The notes beneath the pieces are model-generated. The model had not been told where the DNA came from. It was given only the letters and a program-made list of their open reading frames with translations, and did no database searches. A stretch of 64,000 bases of DNA from Coriobacteriales bacterium (lineage in GTDB: Bacteria; Actinomycetota; Coriobacteriia; Coriobacteriales; UBA8131), in the NCBI GenBank assembly GCA_031288185.1, contig JAITRZ010000014.1, forward strand, positions 17,091 to 81,090, given 5' to 3'. The position numbers and the translations under genes are program-made. Positions 1 to 10,090 of the stretch are shown here, in pieces; within the stretch, counting starts at the first letter, position 1; each line of letters starts with the position of its first letter.

Positions 1-1072
1 TCCGTTCATTACACCGATCTCGGTTGCCTGTGCCGACATGTTGCTGCCTGTTTCCATGAGTCCAGAGCGCAATTCCTGTCGCACGTGGTGGACGCCGGTA
101 CGTTCCATAAGCAAGGCATGTAGTTTCTACGAGGCAAAATCCGATGAGGAAATCATGCTCGATATGGGCAGACGCCTGAATCCTGAGTACTTCCCCTGGA
201 AAGACGATATCGAGATGATGGACTGGCTCCTCACTGACTGTTCATTGCCAGATCCCGATCTGTTTAAGGAAAAATCCACAAACCTCAGCCTTGAATCGGC
301 AAAGGTCAATGTCACTCAATTCAAGTTGAAACACCATGAGTTGGCGGAAAGGGGAGGCTACGCTTACGACGAATGGAACAGCGTGTACCGCAAGCACGAA
401 AAGGGCATGTGCAGACCAGACGGCAGCATTGGCTTTGCCACCCTGAGTGGCCGTGTCGAGCTGGTGCCGGCCGTCTACCCAATTTGGGGTCTTAATCCCA
501 CACCTTACCACATTGAGCCGCCAGAGAGTCCACTGTCAACCCCTGAGCTGATGAAAGAGTACCCCTTGGTTCTTACTACCGGTGCCAGGTCTTGGGAGTT
601 CTTCCATTCGGAGAATAGACAGATTCCCACCATGCGCGAGATGCATGGGGAGCCGCTGGTTACCATTAACCCAAAAACGGCGAAGCACTATGGCATTGGT
701 GAAGGCGACTACGTTTGGATTGAGAACGACCACGGCCGATTCAGACAGAAAGCCAAACTATCGCCGGTCGTCAACGAACAGACTATCAGCGCTGAGCATG
801 GCTGGTGGTTCCCGGAGAGCGATGCTGAAGAACCAAGCCTTTTTGGTACGTTTACCGCGAATCCAAACAATTGCACCAAGGCTTTTGAGACTGGCCCTTC
901 AGGGGTGGGCACATCTATCAAGTGCATGATTTGCAAAATATATCCCTATAAGGAAGGCGATGTTCTTCCTGGCGAGCAGGTGATCAAGCGGGGCGGATTC
1001 ATTAAATATACGCCCGGCGAGGGATATCCAGACTACGACGAATATAAGCAGAATGGGTATTGTTATTTTTAG
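1..1072 (+). CDS. Molybdopterin (bis-MGD) oxidoreductase catalytic subunit, C-terminal part (5' end outside window)
   Basis: Frame is open from position 2 (PFITPISVACADMLLP...). Motifs YPLVLTTGARSWEFFHSE, INPKTAKHYGIGEGDYVWIEN and EHGWWFPE mark the molybdopterin dinucleotide-binding domain. Confidence 0.93.
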   Translation, partial: PFITPISVACADMLLPVSMSPERNSCRTWWTPVRSISKACSFYEAKSDEEIMLDMGRRLNPEYFPWKDDIEMMDWLLTDCSLPDPDLFKEKSTNLSLESAKVNVTQFKLKHHELAERGGYAYDEWNSVYRKHEKGMCRPDGSIGFATLSGRVELVPAVYPIWGLNPTPYHIEPPESPLSTPELMKEYPLVLTTGARSWEFFHSENRQIPTMREMHGEPLVTINPKTAKHYGIGEGDYVWIENDHGRFRQKAKLSPVVNEQTISAEHGWWFPESDAEEPSLFGTFTANPNNCTKAFETGPSGVGTSIKCMICKIYPYKEGDVLPGEQVIKRGGFIKYTPGEGYPDYDEYKQNGYCYF

Positions 1073-1081
1073 GAGGAAGCG

Positions 1082-1420
1082 ATGAAAGGGATTCTGATTA
1101 ATAGCGAGTTCTGCACTGGCTGTCACTCCTGCGAGGTAGCTTGCAAAAAGGAGTTAGGACTTGTAAAGGGCGAATTTGGCATCAAGCTCACCGAGACCGG
1201 GCCATGGAAATACGATAGCGGAAACCAAGCCGGAAATTGGGAATGGACTTGGGCACCGGTGCTTACTAAGGCTTGCGACATGTGCGAGGAGCGTGTTGCC
1301 AGGGGCAAGATGCCCATGTGTGTCCAGCACTGCCAGGCATGGTGCATGTATCACGGAGAAGTCGAGGATCTGGTGAAGAAGATGGATGGGAAAAGCCGCT
1401 GGATTTTGCTGACTCGATGA
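1082..1420 (+). CDS. Small 4Fe-4S ferredoxin-type subunit of the upstream molybdoenzyme
   Basis: CTGCHSCEVAC, CDMC and CVQHC motifs; AGGAGG RBS; 9 bp after the catalytic subunit. Confidence 0.9.
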   Translation: MKGILINSEFCTGCHSCEVACKKELGLVKGEFGIKLTETGPWKYDSGNQAGNWEWTWAPVLTKACDMCEERVARGKMPMCVQHCQAWCMYHGEVEDLVKKMDGKSRWILLTR

Positions 1421-1550
1421 CCTACTAACCCAACGATGCGCTGTCGCGTCAATGTGCAATACGGCGCGGTAGCGCAAGCTCGCCTGTGCCTGCCGGCACA
1501 GGGTTACGTTCAGTTGCAATTGTGGGTTGCAATGATAAGGAGGAATTGTG

Positions 1551-2837
1551 ATGTCTGAAACTAATAATAAACTAAATGAGGGCGAATTGAAATCCGGGAA
1601 CACATGGGCCTGGCTTATTGTTGTTGGCCTGGGCTTTCTGGGCGGAGCAGGCCTTGTCACCATACTGGTCAACGCAGGAAACTTCATTCCTCATATTTGC
1701 GAAGAGCTACAGATAGACCCGGGACAACTGACACTGTGGATAACCTGCTATGCGGTTTTCATGGCCATATCCCAGCTTTATGTAGGACGCCTTTGGCCAA
1801 AGGTAAACACCAGGCTGCTTTTGCTGGCATCATTCCTGATCTCTATAGCAGCCATGGCATTGATGGGAACCTATACCGAAGCATGGCAATTCTGGATTTC
1901 GGGGGCGGTCATAGGACTTGCTGGTGGTGTGTACTTTATGGTGGCGGCTCCAATTCTCGTGACCAACTGGTTTGCGGAGCGAGTTGGCCTTGCTCTTGGG
2001 GTGGTTGGTATCATCAGCGGTATCCTTGCGGCAATACTCAGCCCGATAGATGCGATGATTGTCGCTGCATTTGGATGGCGGACAGCTTATTTCATTGTTG
2101 CGATTATCGCTTGTGCACTCGCTTTACCTTGGATATTGTTCGTATTTGTATATGATCCAAGCAAAAAGGGCATGAGACCCTTTGGCTGGGAGCCAGGGAT
2201 GCAAAATATTACCGCCGGATCAGAGAAAGCAGCCGGTATCCCCGCTAATAAAGCCTTGTTCTCTGTGCCCTTTATCTGCATCTTTCTGGCGGCAGGCTCA
2301 TTTGCCCTTTATGGCGGCTTTCAAAACCTTTGGGGCTTTGCTGCAGAGGAATGGAACTTTGACCCTCTGTTTACCGCGATGATGATTTCTGTTACCAGCC
2401 TGTTCATGCTCTGCGGCCCAATTATCGGTTTGGTTATAGATAAAATCGGGCCCTATAAGACCTCCTTTGGCATCATCATCATTCAGCTACTTGCCTCATT
2501 GGGTTTGCTATTCTTCCACCAAAGCGAGGCTATAGTGCTGGTGCTGGTATTCTTCTTTGCCTTCCAAGGAGGTATCGTAGGTACAACTGCCCCTCTTTTG
2601 ATACGGGAGACCTTCGGTGCCAAGGACTACACAAAAATCCTTTCCTATACGCAAATGGGCATTGGTTTGATAGGTGGTTTCTCTGCTCCCGCCGTGTCCT
2701 TCTTCTACATGGCATACGGCAATTTCGATGCCGCGCTCGTCTTTGGCGCGGCCCTTGCCGTCTTTGGGTTTATCTGCGTAGTGCTCGCTTATGTGACGAA
2801 AAACGCCACCATCAGGGCCAAGTGGCAAGAAAACTGA
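1551..2837 (+). CDS. MFS transporter (OFA/MCT-like)
   Basis: About 12 hydrophobic segments with VTNWFAERVGLALG and IDKIG loop motifs; AAGGAGG RBS (start GTG 1548 or ATG 1551). Confidence 0.9.
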   Translation: MSETNNKLNEGELKSGNTWAWLIVVGLGFLGGAGLVTILVNAGNFIPHICEELQIDPGQLTLWITCYAVFMAISQLYVGRLWPKVNTRLLLLASFLISIAAMALMGTYTEAWQFWISGAVIGLAGGVYFMVAAPILVTNWFAERVGLALGVVGIISGILAAILSPIDAMIVAAFGWRTAYFIVAIIACALALPWILFVFVYDPSKKGMRPFGWEPGMQNITAGSEKAAGIPANKALFSVPFICIFLAAGSFALYGGFQNLWGFAAEEWNFDPLFTAMMISVTSLFMLCGPIIGLVIDKIGPYKTSFGIIIIQLLASLGLLFFHQSEAIVLVLVFFFAFQGGIVGTTAPLLIRETFGAKDYTKILSYTQMGIGLIGGFSAPAVSFFYMAYGNFDAALVFGAALAVFGFICVVLAYVTKNATIRAKWQEN

Positions 2838-2838
2838 A

Positions 2839-4212
2839 ATGGATACGGATACGGAAGTCGGCGGTTCGGGCGAGCGCGGCAATTCAAGCAGCCCGGGCAA
2901 TGCGACGGACAACACGAGTCCCCCATCTGGCAACAAGCAGACCAGTTTCTGGATATGGCTCCAGGTAGTGGGAATGGGCGTGTTAGGTGTTGCTGGCATC
3001 CAAACCATACTTGCCAACTCCGGGAATTTCTTTGCAGCAGTCTGTGCTCCTGTTGAGGCAGGCGGAATGGGCTTTGCCGTCAATGAGTTTGCGCTTTGGC
3101 TGACATGCACGACCTATTGCATGGCATTCTCCCAACTCTACGTCGGCCGCCTGTGGCTGAAGCTGAAGACCCCCCTGCTGCTTACCGGTTCTTTTCTGGT
3201 GTGCATGATAGCCTTTGCGCTCATGGGGACATATTCAGAACTTTGGCAATGGTACTTTTCTGGAATCGTCATAGGCCTGTCGGGCGGCTTCTTCTTCATG
3301 GTAGGGGCGCCGATCATCGTGACAAACTGGTTTGCAAAACGCAGTGCCTTTGCCTTGGGAGTTGTTACCATCATTGGCGCTTTGGGCGCAGCAATACTCT
3401 CCCTTGTACAGGCGACCATCATTGCTGCCTTTGGATGGCGCATGGCTTATCTCCTTGTTGCGGCCATTTCGGTAGTGATAGCCCTCCCCTTTACCTTGTT
3501 TGTTGTCCGCTTCAAGCCTGAGGATAAGGGATTGAAGCCTTACGGCTGGGAAACAGGCATGGAAACCATCACTGCCGGAGACAAGAGGGCCAGCGGTACC
3601 TCTGTCAAACGGGGACTGCTTTCGATACCCTTTGCGGCGCTTTTTGTTGCTGTTGGGTTCTGTGCCCTGTTTGGCGGCTATCAGAACCTCTGGCCGCTTG
3701 CCGCTGAGGAATGGGGCTACGGGGTACAGTTTGGCTCGCTGATGATCTCGACAACGGCTCTGTTTGGCCTGATTGCACCGCTGCTTGGCACTTTGATAGA
3801 CCGGTTGGGGGCTTATCCGTCGGTATTCATCATACTGGGTGCGCAGTTGCTGTCAGGGTTGGGCATCCTGTTCTTCCATGCAAACCAGGCGGTATTATTG
3901 ATAGCGATCTTCTTTTTTGCCGATCAGATGACCGTAGTGGGAACGCTCGTGCCATTAGTTATCAGAAAAATGTTTGGCGCGAGAAATTACACGAAGATCC
4001 TTGGTTACGCCCAGCTTGGCGTGGGCCTGATAGGCGGGCTTTCTGCGCCTATTGTCTCTACTTTGATGGTCACATTTAACACGTTCAATGCCACCTTGGT
4101 ATTTGCGGCGTTTCTTTCCGTGGGCAGCGCCTTGTTCTTTTTAATAGCCTTTGTCACAAGAAGGACTCTTAAGTGGGAAGGCAGGAGCGAAGAGCAGAAT
4201 GAAATGGCTTGA
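2839..4212 (+). CDS. MFS transporter, tandem paralog of the preceding gene
   Basis: Shares SQLYVGRLW, APIxVTNWF, AAFGWR, FGGYQNLW/YGGFQNLW and YTKILxY motifs with 1551-2837. Confidence 0.9.
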   Translation: MDTDTEVGGSGERGNSSSPGNATDNTSPPSGNKQTSFWIWLQVVGMGVLGVAGIQTILANSGNFFAAVCAPVEAGGMGFAVNEFALWLTCTTYCMAFSQLYVGRLWLKLKTPLLLTGSFLVCMIAFALMGTYSELWQWYFSGIVIGLSGGFFFMVGAPIIVTNWFAKRSAFALGVVTIIGALGAAILSLVQATIIAAFGWRMAYLLVAAISVVIALPFTLFVVRFKPEDKGLKPYGWETGMETITAGDKRASGTSVKRGLLSIPFAALFVAVGFCALFGGYQNLWPLAAEEWGYGVQFGSLMISTTALFGLIAPLLGTLIDRLGAYPSVFIILGAQLLSGLGILFFHANQAVLLIAIFFFADQMTVVGTLVPLVIRKMFGARNYTKILGYAQLGVGLIGGLSAPIVSTLMVTFNTFNATLVFAAFLSVGSALFFLIAFVTRRTLKWEGRSEEQNEMA

Positions 4213-5297
4213 GAGGAGGACGGCGGTTCAGATGCAAGGACGCCAGTTGTTGCGCCAGTTGGTAAGGGGTTGGCAAGGAGGCAGACGGGAAAAGGTAGGG
4301 AGCGATAAGAACAATTCGATAAGCTAGGGTCGTCCCTGTCCGAGATGCCTTGCCTTGAAGGATTATGTATACAATCCAGGCCAGGAGCTCTATCCGATGA
4401 AGCGTGACTCCACCGACTACGGGAGGGTTCACTGCAACAATTTGATTTTGGTATGAGCGATCAGTCTTTCGAGGCTGGTCGCTTTTCCTCTGACTCAAAA
4501 TGGACATACAAGGCCGAGCTACGCAGGCAGATAAACATAAAGAAAAGGATGTAGCGCATCATGATGGTCGGCCAAGATGAGAGGATAACTAAAATCCGGA
4601 GGCAGTAGACTGCCCGCCCAACCATTCCTCAGTTGTGGTCAACCCGGCCGCAACCTGTCGCAGCTTGCGTTATGTTAGATGCATTATTTTTTTGACCATA
4701 AATAGTGTTGGATAATACAGTAGGTTTTCCATCTCCTTGGCCACCTTCTTCAGTTCATTGTGAATTTTGAGGCTCTGTGGGCAGTGTTTCTCACCTGTGC
4801 CCTTTTGATTTCTTGTGCCCGTTTGTGGGCAGGTTATCTGGTGTTTGAGCTCACAGGCGCAAAGATTCATGGCGCGCGCCCTTTTCTTTTCTTTAGACAT
4901 CACAGCTGAGTTAATAAGATTTAATGCTGATGGGATTTCTGGTAGAATCCTAAGATACGCTTCAATCAGCAACGGTAGAACTGTCTGACACGACGCTTCA
5001 ACGAGCAAAGGGATGGTTTAGGTTTACTCGATTGGCTGTTAGGGAGACCGAAAACGGTGGACGCGACTCCCGCACCGTTGAGTTCCCCTATGCCCCCAGC
5101 CGCATTGGGAGAAATCAACCAGGGAAAACTTGCCAATCTTATGGCCGGGATAATAAATTGTCCAACCTGCGGAGCAGAGAACTTCTTTGACAAGAACCGG
5201 TCAAAGAATAGCGTAGCTCATTTGTGTTTCCACATAAGAAAGAAAATTGCAGCGCGATTATGAAACGGATTGTAGATGCTTATAGGGAGGGGTAAAA

Positions 5298-6227
5298 TTG
5301 ACCTTACAGCAACTCAAATATTTTATTGAAATCGTGAACCGTGGCTCAATTAACAAGGCCGCCGAACACCTTTTTATCACGCAGCCAAGCCTTTCCAACG
5401 CCTTAAAAGATCTGGAAAACGAGCTCACGCTTGACCTTATCATACGCACACCGCGCGGAATTTCCCTGACGGCTGACGGCGTGGAGTTTTTGGGTTATGC
5501 CCGCCAAGTTGTAGAACAATCGGGCTTACTTGAAGAGCGATTTCTTCGTAAGAAACCGTCACGCAAAATCCTCTCTATTTCAATGCAGCACTACGCATTC
5601 ACCATCAACGCTTTTGTCAATATGGTAAAAAAGACAAATGCTGATGAGTACGAATATATCTTGCGTGAGGGACGGACATTTGAAATTATTGAGGATGTAA
5701 AAAACCTGCGAAGCGAAATAGGTATTTTATTTGTGAGCACGTTTAACCGCAAGGTTATGGAGAAGACATTTCGCGAAAACGGCCTGGCCTTTCACCCCCT
5801 TTTTATATCTAAGCCACACATCTTTACGGGTTCGGGCAGTCCGTTGGCGAAGAAAAAGGCCGTGACGCTTGATGATTTGGCTAACTACCCGCGCCTCTCA
5901 TTTGAACAGGGCGACTTTAATTCGTTTTATTTTTCAGAGGAAATCCTTAGCGCAGAATTCTCTAAAAAAGACATCAAGGTTGGTGATAGGGCGACTATTT
6001 TTAATCTGATGATAGGTCTGAACGGTTACACCATATCCACAGGCATTGTGAGCGCAGACCTAAACGGCGAGAATATAAAAGCCATTCCGTTGCTCGTGGA
6101 TGATGAAATTGAGGTTGGCTACATCGCCCATAAGGACATAGGGTTGACGCGACAGGCAAACAGTTACCTTGATGAACTAAAGGCCGTTGTGGCTGAATAC
6201 GGAGTTAAAATCGAAAATAGGCTATAG
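5298..6227 (+). CDS. LysR-family regulator, MtaR/MetR/CpsY-like (methionine regulon)
   Basis: LysR HTH (SINKAAEHLFITQPSLS); YPRLSFEQG...SFYFSEEILS and DRATIFNLMIGLNGYT segments resemble streptococcal MtaR/CpsY; lies upstream of Met synthases. Confidence 0.9.
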   Translation: MTLQQLKYFIEIVNRGSINKAAEHLFITQPSLSNALKDLENELTLDLIIRTPRGISLTADGVEFLGYARQVVEQSGLLEERFLRKKPSRKILSISMQHYAFTINAFVNMVKKTNADEYEYILREGRTFEIIEDVKNLRSEIGILFVSTFNRKVMEKTFRENGLAFHPLFISKPHIFTGSGSPLAKKKAVTLDDLANYPRLSFEQGDFNSFYFSEEILSAEFSKKDIKVGDRATIFNLMIGLNGYTISTGIVSADLNGENIKAIPLLVDDEIEVGYIAHKDIGLTRQANSYLDELKAVVAEYGVKIENRL

Positions 6228-6239
6228 CCTATAGCTATA
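6223..6239. promoter_or_regulatory. Putative Met-box (MtaR/MetR operator)
   Basis: TATAGCCTATAGCTATA fits the 17-bp TATAG-N7-CTATA palindrome; a TATACT -10-like element lies at 6286-6291 and an AAGGAGG RBS precedes 6325. Confidence 0.7.
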
Positions 6240-6324
6240 ACTCAATATATTATTTTGGTGTTACCTATAAGCTCCCTTTCGGCGGTATACTATGGTTATA
6301 CCCTATTAAGGAGGGCTTTATTAT

Positions 6325-7485
6325 ATGAGTACTAAGTTTCAAACCGTAGGCAGTCTCTTGCGCCCGACAGATTTGCTCAACTATAAACGTGAAATCGAGA
6401 GCAGGGACGACATCACCTACCCTTTTTACGCCGCGCTGCCCGGCTACGAGCAATGCGAGGCAGATGCTACCTGTGTGGTTGTGGCGAAACAAATAAAACA
6501 CAAATTGTCCATTATCACAGACGGTGAGTATTCCAAGTCGATGTGGCACCTCGACTTTGTCTGGGGGATTGGTGGTGTGGAGCGCTACATCGCCAAACAC
6601 GGCTACTTCTTCCGCGACAAAGACGAAACGCAGAAATACGAAACGCGCCGTGACATCGGTTTGCGCATTACGGGTGAATTGTCCGGTAAGAACCATCACT
6701 TTATCTCTGTGTTCAAGCGCCTAAAAGCAATGGCGGGCGACAGAGCAACAAAACTCTGCATTCCGTCGCCGTCGCATATTTTTGGCGAACTATCGTGGTC
6801 GGATGCTATCGGTGGCAAGAATGCAATTTATGCAAATCCGCATGAGCTTAAAACAGGGCTTACCCGTACCTATGAAGAATTTATAGAGGAATATATCGAA
6901 GCAGGCGGAAAGATATTGCAATTTGATGATTGTCTTTGGGAGATTTTTGCGGATGATAATCCCAACTCTCCCTATACAGGCACAAACATCAACCACACAA
7001 CCGTTCGGGCGTTGGCAGCGGAATTTATCGACATTAACAATAGGTTGATTGACTTTGGACACAGTCTTGGTCTTACCATGTGGACGCACAACTGTCGTGG
7101 CAATTACGACAGCCGCAATATGGGTGGCGGCTCGTACATCAAGATTGCGAACCTGTTCTTAAAGCAACTGAAATACGACCGTTTTTTCCTTGAGTGGGAC
7201 GATGAGCGGGCGGGTTCGCTTGAAGCGTTGACTGTTTTCAAGGATAAGCCAAACACTGAAATCGTCCTTGGCCTGCTTTCCAGCAAGACAAATACGCTTG
7301 ATGATGAAAGGCGTGTTATCAGAATGCTCGATGAAGCGTCCAAGATTATCCCGAAAGAGCGGCTTTTGCTTTCACACCAGTGCGGTTTTGCCTCCTGCGA
7401 TGGAGGCAACAAACTCACTGAGGACGAACAGTGGGCGAAAATTGACCAAGGGCAAAAAATCGCCTTACAGTATTGGGGCACATAG
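6325..7485 (+). CDS. Cobalamin-independent methionine synthase II family protein (single-barrel, YxjH/MetE2-like)
   Basis: VGSLLRP, ITDGEY, Zn-ligand motifs HNCRGNY and HQCGF, FLEWDDER. Confidence 0.88.
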   Translation: MSTKFQTVGSLLRPTDLLNYKREIESRDDITYPFYAALPGYEQCEADATCVVVAKQIKHKLSIITDGEYSKSMWHLDFVWGIGGVERYIAKHGYFFRDKDETQKYETRRDIGLRITGELSGKNHHFISVFKRLKAMAGDRATKLCIPSPSHIFGELSWSDAIGGKNAIYANPHELKTGLTRTYEEFIEEYIEAGGKILQFDDCLWEIFADDNPNSPYTGTNINHTTVRALAAEFIDINNRLIDFGHSLGLTMWTHNCRGNYDSRNMGGGSYIKIANLFLKQLKYDRFFLEWDDERAGSLEALTVFKDKPNTEIVLGLLSSKTNTLDDERRVIRMLDEASKIIPKERLLLSHQCGFASCDGGNKLTEDEQWAKIDQGQKIALQYWGT

Positions 7486-7517
7486 AAGAAAAGAACGCAC
7501 AGAGGAGAAAAACAACC

Positions 7518-9788
7518 ATGCAGACATCCATTATCGGTTACCCTCGTATCGGGAGCAATCGCGAACTTAAATTTGTCACCGAGAGTTACTTTAAGGGTGC
7601 GAGTACAGAAGATGAACTTCTCGCGAAGGCAAAAGAACTCCGCTTCGCGCATTGGAAAAAGCAGGCAGACGGCGGGATAGACTTTATCTCGTCGGGAGAT
7701 TTTTCTTTTTATGACGGGATGCTTGATACCGCCTTTTTACTTGGCATTATCCCAAAACGCTACCGTGATTTGGGGTTTTCAGGAGTAGATACCTATTTCG
7801 CTATGGCAAAGGGCTATCAAGGCGAAAAAGGTGACGTTAAGGCTCTTTCTATGCGCAAGTGGTTTACTACCAACTATCACTATATCGTTCCCGAAATTGA
7901 GGATGATACCGCTATTGCCCTGAAGGGCAGCAAGCTGTTTGACGAGTTTTTAGAGGCAAAAGCGGCGGCCTTTGAAACAAAGCCTGTTGTGATTGGGGCG
8001 TTTACATTCCTTAAACTCGCGACGTATGAACACAAGCAAGCAAGCGACTTTGTCGAGCAGATAACAAAAGCCTACGTAGACATTATCACACGGCTTGGCA
8101 ACCTTGGCGCGCAGTGGATTCAGATCGACGAGCCAATCCTTGTGACGGATTTGACGCCGGACGATAATGCGCTGTTCACACAGATTTACTCTGCGCTCTT
8201 GGCCCAAAAAGGTAGCGTAAAAGTTCTGCTGCAAACATACTTTGGTGATATCCGTGACGCATACGATGACGTTATCGCATTGCCGTTTGACGGTATCGGG
8301 CTTGATTTTGTTGAAGGCAAAGAAACGCTGAATCTTGTTAAAAGCGGATTTTCGCCAGACAAAACCTTGTTTGCCGGTTTAGTAAATGGTAAAAATATTT
8401 GGCGAAATAACTATACCAAGACATTAAAGCTGCTTACGGAAATCCAAAAACATGCCGCGCCGGTTGTTATAGGAACATCCTGCTCACTGCTCCATGTCCC
8501 GTATTCAATTGTGCCCGAAAAGAAGCTGCCAGAATCTGCGTGCAGGGTTCTTGCCTGTGCTGAGGAAAAACTGATCGAGCTTGCTGAACTTTCCTTACTC
8601 GGAGGTGACAACAAGTACGCAGAATCTGCGGTATACAAAAGCAATAGAGCGCTGCATGCCGGGCTCGAAAAGGGCGTAAATTCTGCCGTAACATCTCGTC
8701 TTGGCTCCTTGAAAGAAAGCGACTACATCCGCCTGCCCATTCGCAGGGAACGTTTTACTATTCAAAAACAAGTATTTAATCTACCCTTGCTGCCTACAAC
8801 TACCATTGGCTCCTTCCCGCAAACTGAGGAGGTTCGAAAAAATCGCACAAATTACCGCAAGGGCAACATTACAAAGGAACAGTATGAGGCAAAACTGAGG
8901 GAATTGACGGCCAGAGTTGTTAATTTTCAAGAGGAAATTGGGCTTGACGTGCTTGTCCACGGCGAGTTTGAACGCAACGACATGGTAGAGTATTTTGGCG
9001 AGAACCTTGACGGCTTTTTGTTCACACAATTCGCTTGGGTTCAGTCCTATGGCACACGATGCGTAAAACCGCCGATTGTTTATGGGGATATCAGCCGCAA
9101 ACAACCGATAACAGTCGAAACCTCGATATATGCACAAGGCTTGACAAATAAGCCAATGAAAGGCATGCTCACCGGGCCAATGACAATCCTTAACTGGTCG
9201 TTTCCTCGTGAAGACGTGAGCAACAAAGAACAGGCGACACAAATTGCTCTTGCCATCCGTGACGAGGTTCTTGACCTTGAGGCTGTGGGCATTACAATTA
9301 TACAGATTGACGAGGCGGCTCTGCGAGAAAAACTGCCGCTGAGAAAATCTGACTGGCACCGTGAATATCTTGACTGGGCAATTCCGGTGTTTCGCTTGAC
9401 GCACAGCGGAGTAAAGCCTGAAACGCAAATTCATACCCATATGTGCTACAGCGAGTTTCAGGATATTATTTGTGACATTGACGCTATGGACACCGACGTG
9501 ATTACCTTCGAGGCAAGCCGTTCATCCCTGGCGATTCTAACTGCTATTAAGGAAAGTGGATTTAAAGCTGCGGTGGGCCCAGGAGTTTATGATATTCATT
9601 CTCCGCGTGTGCCATCTGAAGAAGAAATCAGAGCGACCATTGAGACAATCTTACAAACCGTACCTGTTGAAAAAGCGTGGGTTAATCCTGACTGTGGACT
9701 AAAAACACGCGGAAACACTGAAACCATACCAAGTTTGAAAAATCTTGTGGTAGCGGCAAAAAAACTACGGAACACGTTGAAGGTATAG
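7518..9788 (+). CDS. metE: 5-methyltetrahydropteroyltriglutamate--homocysteine methyltransferase
   Basis: GYPRIGSNRELK, KWFTTNYHY, PTTTIGSFPQT, HGEFERNDMVEYF, HTHMCYS, WVNPDCGLKTR; ATG 7518 follows AGAGGAG. Confidence 0.97.
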   Translation: MQTSIIGYPRIGSNRELKFVTESYFKGASTEDELLAKAKELRFAHWKKQADGGIDFISSGDFSFYDGMLDTAFLLGIIPKRYRDLGFSGVDTYFAMAKGYQGEKGDVKALSMRKWFTTNYHYIVPEIEDDTAIALKGSKLFDEFLEAKAAAFETKPVVIGAFTFLKLATYEHKQASDFVEQITKAYVDIITRLGNLGAQWIQIDEPILVTDLTPDDNALFTQIYSALLAQKGSVKVLLQTYFGDIRDAYDDVIALPFDGIGLDFVEGKETLNLVKSGFSPDKTLFAGLVNGKNIWRNNYTKTLKLLTEIQKHAAPVVIGTSCSLLHVPYSIVPEKKLPESACRVLACAEEKLIELAELSLLGGDNKYAESAVYKSNRALHAGLEKGVNSAVTSRLGSLKESDYIRLPIRRERFTIQKQVFNLPLLPTTTIGSFPQTEEVRKNRTNYRKGNITKEQYEAKLRELTARVVNFQEEIGLDVLVHGEFERNDMVEYFGENLDGFLFTQFAWVQSYGTRCVKPPIVYGDISRKQPITVETSIYAQGLTNKPMKGMLTGPMTILNWSFPREDVSNKEQATQIALAIRDEVLDLEAVGITIIQIDEAALREKLPLRKSDWHREYLDWAIPVFRLTHSGVKPETQIHTHMCYSEFQDIICDIDAMDTDVITFEASRSSLAILTAIKESGFKAAVGPGVYDIHSPRVPSEEEIRATIETILQTVPVEKAWVNPDCGLKTRGNTETIPSLKNLVVAAKKLRNTLKV

Positions 9789-9851
9789 TCAGCACCATCT
9801 TTGCAACCAGGCATCTGAGGAAAACGGGGTAAGAAGTGGTGAGCGGTGAAG

Positions 9852-9926
9852 TGGTGGGCGATAACGGACTTGAACCGCTGACCTTGTGCGTGTAAAGCAC
9901 CTGCGCTACCGCTGCGCCAATCGCCC
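9852..9926 (-). tRNA. tRNA-Val (anticodon TAC)
   Basis: Reverse complement GGGCGAT...GGTGC-TTTACAC-GCACA...GGTTCAAGTCC...ATCGCCCACCA folds as a cloverleaf with encoded CCA. Confidence 0.95.
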
Positions 9927-10090
9927 ACGCTATAACATAGTATTATAGAGTAAGTTACTGCTCTGATTGCGGGTCGAGACACATACCGGCGCGGTTTTGT
10001 GTCTGCGTTTGGTGCCTGCAAGGCGTTTGCGCAACAGACCAGTATCGATGGCCGGGGCCAGACAGTCTACAAAAAACGAAAGGAACGCCA

